This document shows positions 37,892 through 46,331 of a stretch of 64,000 nucleotides of DNA, in pieces. Within the stretch, counting starts at the first letter, position 1. Every line of letters begins with the position of its first letter. The notes under the pieces are model-generated. The model was not told where the DNA came from. It saw only the letters and a program-made list of their open reading frames with translations, and ran no database searches. Source of the DNA: an uncultured delta proteobacterium (GTDB lineage: Bacteria > Desulfobacterota > Binatia > HRBIN30 > BPIQ01). Both the position numbers and the translations under genes were made by a program. Location of the stretch: the NCBI GenBank assembly GCA_963761335.1, contig CAVXGR010000018.1, positions 864,001 through 928,000 on the forward strand. Direction: 5' to 3'.

Positions 37892-38695
37892 TCAGAGTGC
37901 GGCGCCGTGCGGGGCGGGGGCGGCGGCGCTGCGTTTGGCGGCGCAGCTGGCGCATTCGCTGCGCTCGCAGACGAAGGCGGTCGGATCGCGCTCGAGGGCG
38001 GCATTGGCGAGCCCGAGCAGGTAGCGGATCGGCAGCTTGCGTGCCTGGCCGCGCGCCAGGGGCACGGCCAGCATCTTGCTCGGGTCGAGCTCGGCCTCGA
38101 GGCGATCGAAGGCGACGCTGCATCCGGGCACTTTCTCGAGAACCACGCGTTCCTCGTGGCCGGCGGCGTTGATGCGCAGGGCCGTGCGGCGGCCGAGGTA
38201 GGACGGGTCCATGCGCTCCTCGGCGAGGTGGATGACGGTGGCCGAGTGCAGGTGCGTGCCGAGCAGCAGGACGTGTCCCTGGAGGAGGTTCAGCTTCTTC
38301 AGAGGCCCGAGCGGATTGTTGTCGCGCTGGGTCGACAGCGCCTCGCGCGCCAGGCGTCCCCAGGCGGCGAAGGAGTGAGTCGGATGGGAGCTGCGCAGCA
38401 CGCCGGGCATGTGGCGGAAGGCCTCGGCGACGGCGCCGATCTGCGAACTCACCGAAAGCTCGGGATGATATGGCGTCTGCGCACTGCGGGGAGCTCCGGG
38501 CTCGGTGAAGCTGGCCTCGGTGAAGGTGGGGAGTAGGACCGTGCCGGTCTCGGATACGGCGCGGATCAGCGCTTGACAGACGGTGGCGGCGCCGCCGTCG
38601 ACCTTGCCAAAGGCCGAGAGCGAGGCGTGCACGACGAGGTGCGCTCCTCGCAAGCGCAGAGGCGCCAGAATGGAAACGATTTCGTCCGCTGTCAT
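37892..38695 (-). CDS. AAC(3)/YokD-family N-acetyltransferase
   Basis: VVHASLSAFG, LLPTFT, RSSHPTHSFAAWG, LLLG, IHLAEE. Confidence 0.8.
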   Translation of the reverse strand: MTADEIVSILAPLRLRGAHLVVHASLSAFGKVDGGAATVCQALIRAVSETGTVLLPTFTEASFTEPGAPRSAQTPYHPELSVSSQIGAVAEAFRHMPGVLRSSHPTHSFAAWGRLAREALSTQRDNNPLGPLKKLNLLQGHVLLLGTHLHSATVIHLAEERMDPSYLGRRTALRINAAGHEERVVLEKVPGCSVAFDRLEAELDPSKMLAVPLARGQARKLPIRYLLGLANAALERDPTAFVCERSECASCAAKRSAAAPAPHGAAL

Positions 38696-38966
38696 CGAGG
38701 GCCGGAGTGTAGCCACGGTGGGCAACGAGGACAAGCGCGATCGCCAGTCGCCGTCGGAGCGGCGGCGGCAGCAGCGCTTTGCCCCCAATTTCGTTGATTG
38801 TCTCGCGCTGCTCCTGTATGCATCAGAGTTGCACTCGGCGTGCGAAGCCGAAGACCTCTCGAAAGATTGCTCATGACGACCTCGATCTGCATCGCGGCTG
38901 CTGCCGCTCCATTCGCACCGCAGCGACCCGCCCGCGGATTGTTCGCCGCCCCGGCCGAGTAAGAGC

Positions 38967-40322
38967 GTGGCGAAGCCCAAACGTCTGTCCGCCGATATCA
39001 TGGGCGTCCTCGGCAGCCGTGCGGCCTGGACGGTGATGAGCATGGCGAGCGGGGTGATCCTCGCGCGTGCCCTGGGGCCCCACGATCGCGGCATTCTGGC
39101 GCTCGTCCTGTTGCTGCCGTCGACCGTCGTCACCTTGGTGAAGCTCGGCATCACGCAGTCGAACGTCTACTTCGTCAATCGGAAGAAGGAACGGATCGAG
39201 GACGTCGCCTCGAACAGCGTGGCGCTGGGGCTGATCCTGGGGATCATCGCCGCCGCGGTCGTCTGGCTGATCAGGGGAAGCCTGACGACCAGCGTCCTGC
39301 GCGAGGTAGCCCCTTGGGCCCTCGCCCTGGCGCTGGTGCGCGTCCCCCCGCTTCTGCTCGACGGCTACCTGTACGGCGTTCTGCAGGCCGGTGGGCGTTT
39401 CAGCATCTACAATACGCGCTTGGTCGTCAGCGAGGGCCTTCGCCTGGCCTTGATCGTCGTGGCGCTGCTCTTCCTGGGGATGGGCTTGAAGGCAGCCGTG
39501 TGGATCACCACCGGCGTGACGCTGTTCAACATCGTTTGGCTGGTGGTGACGACGCGCAAGCTGATCCCGTTCACCCTGCGCGTGAAGCCCAAGCTGCTCC
39601 GCGAGCAGCTCAGCTTCGGTGCCAAGTCGTACGCGCAGACGCTGACCGCGCATCTTCTGCTGCGCATCGACGTGTACATGGTGTCGTTCTTCCTGGGACC
39701 GGCGGAAACCGCCTTCTACTCCCTCGCCCTGCGCTTCACCGAGATGGTCCTCGAGGTTCCTCAGGCGGTGGGCTTGGTGCTCTATCCGCGGCTGGCCTCG
39801 GTGCCCGAGAACGAGGTGTACGGGCTGACCGCGCAAGCCTGCCGCCGTACCGTCCTGATGACGGGGATCCCCGCGTTGCTGATCGGTTTCGGAGGGCACT
39901 ATCTGATCACCTTGTGGTACGGCCAGGCCTACGCGCCGGCAGGCGCGCCGCTGCCGTGGGCCGCGGTCGGCGTGCTCGCCATGTCGATCTACGTGATCCT
40001 GAGTCGCGCTTTCACCAGTCAGAACCGGCAGTTCGTAAACCTCACCGCCGGCGTGATTGCGCTGACCACAAACGTCACCCTCAACATCTTTCTCATCCCG
40101 AGGATGGGAATCGTCGGTGCCGCTTTCGCCACCGCGGTCTCGTACTCTGCCGCGTGCGCGCTGTTGTTGATCTTCTACCTGGCGGCCTCGCGGATGACGC
40201 TGGCCGAGGTGCTGATCGCCCGACCGGATGATTTGCGCTTCTTCTGGCAAATAATACGGCAATTTGCGACGCGTGGACGGAACCTGATGGGTCTGGGCCC
40301 GCACCGATCGGTCGCTAGATGA
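38967..40322 (+). CDS. Wzx-like oligosaccharide flippase
   Basis: LARALGP, LLRIDVYM, YSLA, LIPRMGIVGAAFAT; about 12 TM segments. Confidence 0.85.
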   Translation: MAKPKRLSADIMGVLGSRAAWTVMSMASGVILARALGPHDRGILALVLLLPSTVVTLVKLGITQSNVYFVNRKKERIEDVASNSVALGLILGIIAAAVVWLIRGSLTTSVLREVAPWALALALVRVPPLLLDGYLYGVLQAGGRFSIYNTRLVVSEGLRLALIVVALLFLGMGLKAAVWITTGVTLFNIVWLVVTTRKLIPFTLRVKPKLLREQLSFGAKSYAQTLTAHLLLRIDVYMVSFFLGPAETAFYSLALRFTEMVLEVPQAVGLVLYPRLASVPENEVYGLTAQACRRTVLMTGIPALLIGFGGHYLITLWYGQAYAPAGAPLPWAAVGVLAMSIYVILSRAFTSQNRQFVNLTAGVIALTTNVTLNIFLIPRMGIVGAAFATAVSYSAACALLLIFYLAASRMTLAEVLIARPDDLRFFWQIIRQFATRGRNLMGLGPHRSVAR

Positions 40323-40419
40323 GCAGTCGTGGCGCATCCGCCAGGGCTCGGTCGACCTCGGCGAGCCCGGTCGCGAGAACCATGGCCACTGGCCGCGGGT
40401 GGGAAGACGCGGTGTGCGT

Positions 40420-42063
40420 GTGAGCGACCTGCTTCATCACGTCGCCCGGCACGCGGAACGATCCGCGTCGAAGACGGCCATCTGCCGATGGCGGCCGGGT
40501 GCGGATCTCGTCGAGACGTCGTACGCGGAGCTGTACCGGAGAACGAAGACGTTCGCGACGCTGTTCGGCCGTCTGGCGAGCGGCGCCACGGTCGTTCCAA
40601 TGCTGGTTGGAAAGTCGGCGGACGGCGTCGCCGCCATGCTCGGTGCTCTCGCCGCCGGTCGGGCGTTTTGCTTTCTGAACACCAAGTATCGAGGCCCGCA
40701 GATCGCGGCGATACTGGAGGCCAGCAAGTCGCCGATCTGTGTCGTCGACGCCGTCGGTCTGGTGGCGCTGCGAGGAGCCCAAAGGGACATCCCGCGGATT
40801 GCAGAGACAACCTGGATCGTGCTGCGACCAGAGGATCTCACCGGGATCTATGCCGATGCGGCCGAGGCGTTGCGGCAGTCGGCAAAGGTGATCTTCCTGG
40901 GCGACGAAGACGCGGAGTCGGCGGTTGCCGAGCCCGAGCCGCTGGACGCGGATCGCGCCGCCGCCTGCCTCTTTACGTCGGGCTCGACGGGAGAGCCCAA
41001 GGGCGTGTTGATCGGCGCGGAAGACCTGATGCGGCGAGCCGAGGCGGAGGTCCTCTGGTTCGGCTTGACGAGCCGGGATGTCCTTCTGAGTATTCTGCCG
41101 TTTTCCTTCGACGTCGGCTTGAACCAGTTGATGACCTCCTTGACGGTGGGTGGCGAGCTTGTTTTGCTCGATTCTTGGTTGCCGGCGGACATCCTGGCCG
41201 CCATCGAGAAGCGCCGCGTGACCGGCGTCTCCGCCGTGCCTTCCATCTGGCAGGACATGATTGGCTCGAAGGTGGCGATCGACAAGAGCGGCAAGCACGA
41301 ATCGCTTCGCTACATCACTATTTCCGGAGGGGGTTTACCCCCGGAACAGATCGAGAGGCTACAGCACGCCGCACCCGGCGTGGAGATCTTCAAGACGTAC
41401 GGACAGACGGAGGCGTTCAGAGCGACATCGCTACGGCCTGAAGACCTCTGCCGGAAGCCGGAGAGCGTCGGCCGTCCTTTCCCCGGGGCGCGCATCTACG
41501 TGGTGAGAGAGGACGGCAGTCCGTGCGCACCGGGAGAGGTCGGCGAGGTCGTTCACACGGGGCTCGGAATCATGATGGGGTATCTGAACGACAGCGGTGA
41601 CAGCGCGGGAACTGAGGCGAAGCGGCGAAGGAACCCCTTCTTCGGAGAAGACGATCCATCTCCGTTTGCCGTTTTTACCGGCGACATGGGCTATGTGGAC
41701 GATGAGGGGTACCTGTTTCTGAAGGGTCGGCGCGACAGCATGTTGAAGGTGATGGGAAATCGCGTCTACCCGCAAGAGGTGGCGAATCAGATCGTCACGA
41801 TCCCCGGGGTGAGGGACGCGACGGTAATCGGAGAGAAGGGAGATATGGGACAGACGACCGTCATTGCATTCATTGCCGTCGGCTCTGGAGCGGAGCTTTC
41901 CGCAGGCGCGGTGCGCAAGGCGCTCGGCGCCAAGCTGCCCGCGTTCATGATCCCCAAGGTGATTCACTTCGTGCCGAGTATCCCCCGGACCGCCAGTGGC
42001 AAGGCGGACAATCACAAGCTCCTTCAACGACACGTCGATCGCCACGGACGAGCGGCGAATTGA
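40420..42063 (+). CDS. Adenylate-forming (AMP-binding) ligase, similar to exosortase-A-associated acyl ligases
   Basis: LFTSGSTGEPKGV, LPFSFDVGLNQL, YGQTEAFR, TGDMG, GNRVYP, PRTASGK. Confidence 0.85.
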   Translation: MSDLLHHVARHAERSASKTAICRWRPGADLVETSYAELYRRTKTFATLFGRLASGATVVPMLVGKSADGVAAMLGALAAGRAFCFLNTKYRGPQIAAILEASKSPICVVDAVGLVALRGAQRDIPRIAETTWIVLRPEDLTGIYADAAEALRQSAKVIFLGDEDAESAVAEPEPLDADRAAACLFTSGSTGEPKGVLIGAEDLMRRAEAEVLWFGLTSRDVLLSILPFSFDVGLNQLMTSLTVGGELVLLDSWLPADILAAIEKRRVTGVSAVPSIWQDMIGSKVAIDKSGKHESLRYITISGGGLPPEQIERLQHAAPGVEIFKTYGQTEAFRATSLRPEDLCRKPESVGRPFPGARIYVVREDGSPCAPGEVGEVVHTGLGIMMGYLNDSGDSAGTEAKRRRNPFFGEDDPSPFAVFTGDMGYVDDEGYLFLKGRRDSMLKVMGNRVYPQEVANQIVTIPGVRDATVIGEKGDMGQTTVIAFIAVGSGAELSAGAVRKALGAKLPAFMIPKVIHFVPSIPRTASGKADNHKLLQRHVDRHGRAAN

Positions 42064-42098
42064 GCGGCAGTGGATGGCTCGGATATGAGGTCGAACGC

Positions 42099-42344
42099 GT
42101 GGCGCTGAGTAAAGAGCTGCTGCTCCAGTTTGCGGAAGACAATCTCGGCCTGGACGCGGCCGAGGTCGGCGAGGACACGCCCTTGTTCTCCTCCGGGCTG
42201 ATCGATTCGACGAGCATGGTGGACTTGATCGTGTACATCGAGTCGGAGGCGGACGTGACCTTCGAGCCGGACGACGTCAGTCTCGACAATCTGGACACGA
42301 TCAGCCGGATCCTGAGCTTCGTCGCCTCCAGACATGGTCAGTGA
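42099..42344 (+). CDS. Acyl/aminoacyl carrier protein
   Basis: Acidic 81-aa protein with phosphopantetheine site LFSSGLIDST; GAGGT SD before the GTG. Confidence 0.85.
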   Translation: MALSKELLLQFAEDNLGLDAAEVGEDTPLFSSGLIDSTSMVDLIVYIESEADVTFEPDDVSLDNLDTISRILSFVASRHGQ

Positions 42345-43758
42345 GGCGTTGAGAGCGGCGCTGGCCAAGGCGGCGCGGGATTTCGGCACGCCGTGCTACG
42401 TCTACCTCATGGACGAGGTGCGCGAACGCGTCGACCAGACCCGTTCGGCTTTCGGTGGCCGGTTTCGCATCAGCTACGCGGTCAAGAGCAACCCCAACCC
42501 CGGTCTCCTGCGCCGCCTCGGCGGCGTCGTGGATCTGCTCGATGTTTCGTCGGCCGGAGAGATCGTGCGCGCCGTCGGCTGCGGTTGGGCGGCGGACGCG
42601 CTCAGCTTCACGGGGCCGGGAAAGACGCGGCGAGAGCTGGAGACGGCGGTAGACGCGGGGATTGGGGAAGTGGTCGTCGAATCCGTGGACGAGGCGGAGC
42701 TCTTGAACGCCGTGGCGCAGGCGGCGGGGCGGCAGCAGCGCATTCTCGTGCGTATCGCTCCGCAGAGAATGCCGCGTGGATTCGGGGTCAGCATGAGCGG
42801 GAAGCCGACCCAGTTCGGCATCGACGAAGAGGAGATCGATTCCGCCATCGACACGATCCGCCGCCTGGCCAACCTGGATCTGGTCGGCCTTCACATCTAC
42901 TCGGGCACGCAGTGCCTGAAGCCTGAGGCCATCGTCGACAACTACCAGATCTTCATCGATATCTTCGGACGCGTCTGCAACGCCCACGGAGTGTCGCCGC
43001 AAAGGCTCGTCTTCGGCTCCGGAATCGGGATTCCCTACCATGAGGGCGATCAGCCCGTCGACCTGGCGGCGGTAGCGGAAATGATCAATCCGCGCCTCGA
43101 CACGCTGAAGAGCGGCAGGCTCTTCTCCAAAACCGACCTGGTCTTGGAAACCGGCCGCTACCTGGTCGGCGAAGCCGGCTTCTACGTCACCCGTGTCGTG
43201 CGAAGGAAGCAGTCGCGCGGCGTCGAGATCGGCATATGCGACGGCGGGATGAACCATCACCTCGGAGCGGCCGGCCATCTCGGAAGCGTCGTGCAACGCA
43301 ACTATCGGATGTTCAAGCTGGGCGTGGGGCGCGATCAGGAGGCGGAGCGGACCTACACTCTCGTCGGGCCCTTGTGCACGACGATCGACACCTTGGCGCG
43401 TCAGGTGAAGCTCCGCGGGCTCGAAGCCGGTGACCTGATCGCGATCCACTGCAGCGGCGCCTACGGCGTCACCGCAAGCCCGATCCACTTCATCAGCCAC
43501 AGGCCGCCCAAGGAGATCATCGCAGAGACGGCGGGGGGGAGCTCCGCTTCGAAGACAGCAGCCAGTTCTCTGCGCCCCGGGGAGACGGCAAGTGGGAGAG
43601 AGGGAACCTGTGACCGCGCCACGCGAAGGAGTGATCATTCTCGGTACCCCGAGGTCCGGGACGACGCTGCTGCGAAGATTGGTGGACGCGCATCCCAATA
43701 TTGCTTGTCCCGGCGAGACCAACGTGTTCACGGCCTGCGGCCGCTTCCTGAGCAGTGA
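42334..43758 (+). CDS. PLP-dependent fold type III decarboxylase-like enzyme (C-terminus probably frameshifted at G7 43533-43539)
   Basis: GTPCYVY, YAVKSN (PLP Lys), FTGPGK, HIYSGTQ, ETGRYLV, DGGMNHH, GPLCT, GAYG. Confidence 0.85.
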   Translation: MVSEALRAALAKAARDFGTPCYVYLMDEVRERVDQTRSAFGGRFRISYAVKSNPNPGLLRRLGGVVDLLDVSSAGEIVRAVGCGWAADALSFTGPGKTRRELETAVDAGIGEVVVESVDEAELLNAVAQAAGRQQRILVRIAPQRMPRGFGVSMSGKPTQFGIDEEEIDSAIDTIRRLANLDLVGLHIYSGTQCLKPEAIVDNYQIFIDIFGRVCNAHGVSPQRLVFGSGIGIPYHEGDQPVDLAAVAEMINPRLDTLKSGRLFSKTDLVLETGRYLVGEAGFYVTRVVRRKQSRGVEIGICDGGMNHHLGAAGHLGSVVQRNYRMFKLGVGRDQEAERTYTLVGPLCTTIDTLARQVKLRGLEAGDLIAIHCSGAYGVTASPIHFISHRPPKEIIAETAGGSSASKTAASSLRPGETASGREGTCDRATRRSDHSRYPEVRDDAAAKIGGRASQYCLSRRDQRVHGLRPLPEQ

Positions 43759-44587
43759 GCGCATCGCCGAAGGGGTGAAGATCGGCGTGCTGGATGGGCT
43801 GGGCTTTGCGGGCTTCTCCCGCGACGAAGTTCTCGAGCGGCTCCGCGAGTTCGCGTTTTCCTTTCACCGGGAGTTCGCCGCAAAGCAGGGGAAGCCGCGC
43901 TGGGCGTCCAAGACCGCCTTCGATGCCTTCTATCTCGACGAGATCGAGGCGCTCTGTGGCGAGCGGGTGTCCTTCGTGTGCATTCAGCGCCATGGGCTGG
44001 ATGTCGCCTGCAGCATCCAGGAGCTCTGCGACAAGAACGGCGGGTACCTGCGCGAGCTCCAGGAATATGTCTCGCGATACCCGATCGTTCTCGAAGCTTT
44101 CGCGCACGCGTGGGTGGACCTGACGCAGAAGATTGACGCCTTTGTTAAGCGCCATCCGCAGAGCTCGGTGCTGGTGACCTACGAGGATCTGGCCAAGGAG
44201 ACCGACCGCACCATGGCGCGCATCATCGGCTTTCTCGGCGAAGAGTGGTCCGCCGCTCTGATCGACAAGGCCCTCGGTAAACGCGAGGGTCTCGGGTTGG
44301 GGGACTGGAAGACGTACGGGCGGAGCTCGGTCGACTCTTCCAGTGTCGGCAGATGGAAGAGTCTGTCGCGTGACACGATCGCCCGCCTGGGCGCCATCTG
44401 CAATCCGACACTGACTCTCTGCGGGTACGAACCAGTCCAGATCCAGGCGGAACGCGACCCGGATGAAATTCGGCGGCGGCACCAGGTCGGACTCTTGCTG
44501 CAGAGGCTGAGCAGCAGCAGCGATCCATCCCCGGGCGATCAGAAAGCTCCTTCGCGGAAGAAGGGGACACCGAAAGCGGGTCGCTGA
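43610..44587 (+). CDS. Sulfotransferase family protein
   Basis: PAPS loop GTPRSGTTLL, RHGLDVACS, YEDL, SVGRWK. Confidence 0.85.
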   Translation: MTAPREGVIILGTPRSGTTLLRRLVDAHPNIACPGETNVFTACGRFLSSERIAEGVKIGVLDGLGFAGFSRDEVLERLREFAFSFHREFAAKQGKPRWASKTAFDAFYLDEIEALCGERVSFVCIQRHGLDVACSIQELCDKNGGYLRELQEYVSRYPIVLEAFAHAWVDLTQKIDAFVKRHPQSSVLVTYEDLAKETDRTMARIIGFLGEEWSAALIDKALGKREGLGLGDWKTYGRSSVDSSSVGRWKSLSRDTIARLGAICNPTLTLCGYEPVQIQAERDPDEIRRRHQVGLLLQRLSSSSDPSPGDQKAPSRKKGTPKAGR

Positions 44588-44704
44588 ATCGCAATGGCAG
44601 AGACGAGCCCGGGATTGACCCCGATTGCCTGCTCTGTACAGGGGCGCCGCTCCGTCCCCGGGTATCGTCAGCGGGCGGCGTAGGCGCCAGGGTCGGACAA
44701 GGAC

Positions 44705-45373
44705 ATGCCGTTCCTGCGCGCCTTGCTTTTCAGCCTGAAGATGGACGGCTTCGCGGTGACGCTCCGGCGTCTGTGGGCTTTCCAGTTCGGTCGGCAGGAC
44801 TGGTACGTCTTCGTCCGCTATCTCGAGCCGCCGGCAACGCCGGTGGAGTTCCCGATCGAGGCGAAGGGAATGATCATACGGCGGATGACCGAGGGCGACG
44901 TGGACGAAATCGCGCCCCTCATTCCCTTCGATGCCGATCGCCGTGCCCTTCGCGATCGTCGGATCCGAATGCGAAAGCTTCTCCCCGACGCCGTGGTTGC
45001 CGTCCGCGGCGATCGCATCGTCGGTGCGGCGTGGTACACCGACACCGTGACTCCGGAGCAGCCCTGGTACGCTGCCATTGAACGATACGTCGTTCCACCG
45101 GCACGGTTGACGGCGAACATCTTCGCGCTTCCGGGAGAAAAAGGCGCCGCCTGGGCGGTGGCGAAACACGCCAGCGACCGGCTGGCCTCGTTGGGGATCC
45201 GCACCATCGTCGGCGTGATCCAGTGTGACAACAAGCCTTCGATCCTCATGTCTCGGATGCTGGGAGGGAAGGTTGTTGCTCGGCAGTCGATTCGCCAGTG
45301 GTTCGGACACAGAACGATCATCGTCGAGCCCACCCCCGACCGAGGAGCCTTCGGGCCCTCGGATTCTCCGTGA
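44705..45373 (+). CDS. GNAT-like acyltransferase
   Basis: IRRMTEGD, IVGAAW, IQCDNKPS resemble GNAT motifs. AAGGA SD. Confidence 0.5.
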   Translation: MPFLRALLFSLKMDGFAVTLRRLWAFQFGRQDWYVFVRYLEPPATPVEFPIEAKGMIIRRMTEGDVDEIAPLIPFDADRRALRDRRIRMRKLLPDAVVAVRGDRIVGAAWYTDTVTPEQPWYAAIERYVVPPARLTANIFALPGEKGAAWAVAKHASDRLASLGIRTIVGVIQCDNKPSILMSRMLGGKVVARQSIRQWFGHRTIIVEPTPDRGAFGPSDSP

Positions 45374-45579
45374 GGTATTTGAGCGATCTCGCCTGCCCGG
45401 CTACAGGAGTCAGTTTGACTGTCGCAAGGCAGTTCGCTTAAATCCACAGCTGCCGAGCTGTGAGTGTGTCTGCCAGGCCCATCGTCCGCGGCACCGCTCG
45501 AACGGCGCGCCGTTCTCCGAGGGGCCGCTGCCGGTGAAACAGGCTCTCTTCGGGAGGCAGCCTTCGGCGAGGAGCCATA

Positions 45580-46317
45580 ATGGATGCCAAGTGGGAGTAT
45601 GTCTTCGCGGTGCCTTCCGCGGATTGCCGCGACGAGTCCCTGCGGCTCGGCCGCCAGTTGGTCGGCTATGCCGTGCGCGCCGTCTTCAGCCGCCCCGTGG
45701 TGGCGCGGGACCGCGCCATGCCGATCAACTTCCTGCAGACGCATCGCGGCTTTCCGCGCCGCTGTCCGGAGCTCTACTGCAGCTCGCCGATCCGTCTGGA
45801 AGAGGAATCGAAGCACCTCTGCTTTCACGGTCGCGGACAGGCGCTGTCGTGCTATGAGGGGCACCGTTTCGCCGCCTTCCGTTTCCACCGCTTGATGATC
45901 CTCGGCAAGCTCGAGCTTTACCTGGCGCGCCTCGGCGAGGAGAAGTGGAGGCGCATCATCGGCTTCCCGGCGCTGACGTTGTACGGCCGTGAGCTGCTGC
46001 GAGCTCTCTGGAACGCGCCCTTCGAGGAGGTGCTGTGTGGCCCGGAATCGGTGCCGTCGCCGCGCGGCGCCCGCACCCGCCTGCAGCGGCGCATGGCCCG
46101 CGAGCTGAGCGCCGCAGACCGGCTCCAGATCGCCGCCCGCGTCAGTACCTGCCTGGACCTCTGCTCCGAGCGCTTGCGGCCGGTGCAGGATTTCAGCAGC
46201 GGCATCGAGTACGCCTGCGACGCCGGACACCGGGCTCTCTTCTCGCGCTCCGAACGCGGAACCTTTCTCGCCAGCCGCCTGGTGCTTTCGTACACCGCGG
46301 CCGCCGAGTCGCTCTGA
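45580..46317 (+). CDS. Hypothetical protein (Cys/His-rich, 245 aa)
   Basis: GAGGAG SD, GC3-biased codons, no recognised family. Confidence 0.6.
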   Translation: MDAKWEYVFAVPSADCRDESLRLGRQLVGYAVRAVFSRPVVARDRAMPINFLQTHRGFPRRCPELYCSSPIRLEEESKHLCFHGRGQALSCYEGHRFAAFRFHRLMILGKLELYLARLGEEKWRRIIGFPALTLYGRELLRALWNAPFEEVLCGPESVPSPRGARTRLQRRMARELSAADRLQIAARVSTCLDLCSERLRPVQDFSSGIEYACDAGHRALFSRSERGTFLASRLVLSYTAAAESL

Positions 46318-46331
46318 GCCCCGGCTCCCCC

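Noticed and set aside
37892..38695. Acquired aminoglycoside resistance gene
   Set aside because: Only family-level motifs, no mobile context; the family includes many non-resistance acetyltransferases.
42334..43758. Housekeeping lysA
   Set aside because: GPLCT instead of the LysA CE motif, and it is embedded with an ACP and ligase, so a tailoring enzyme is more likely.
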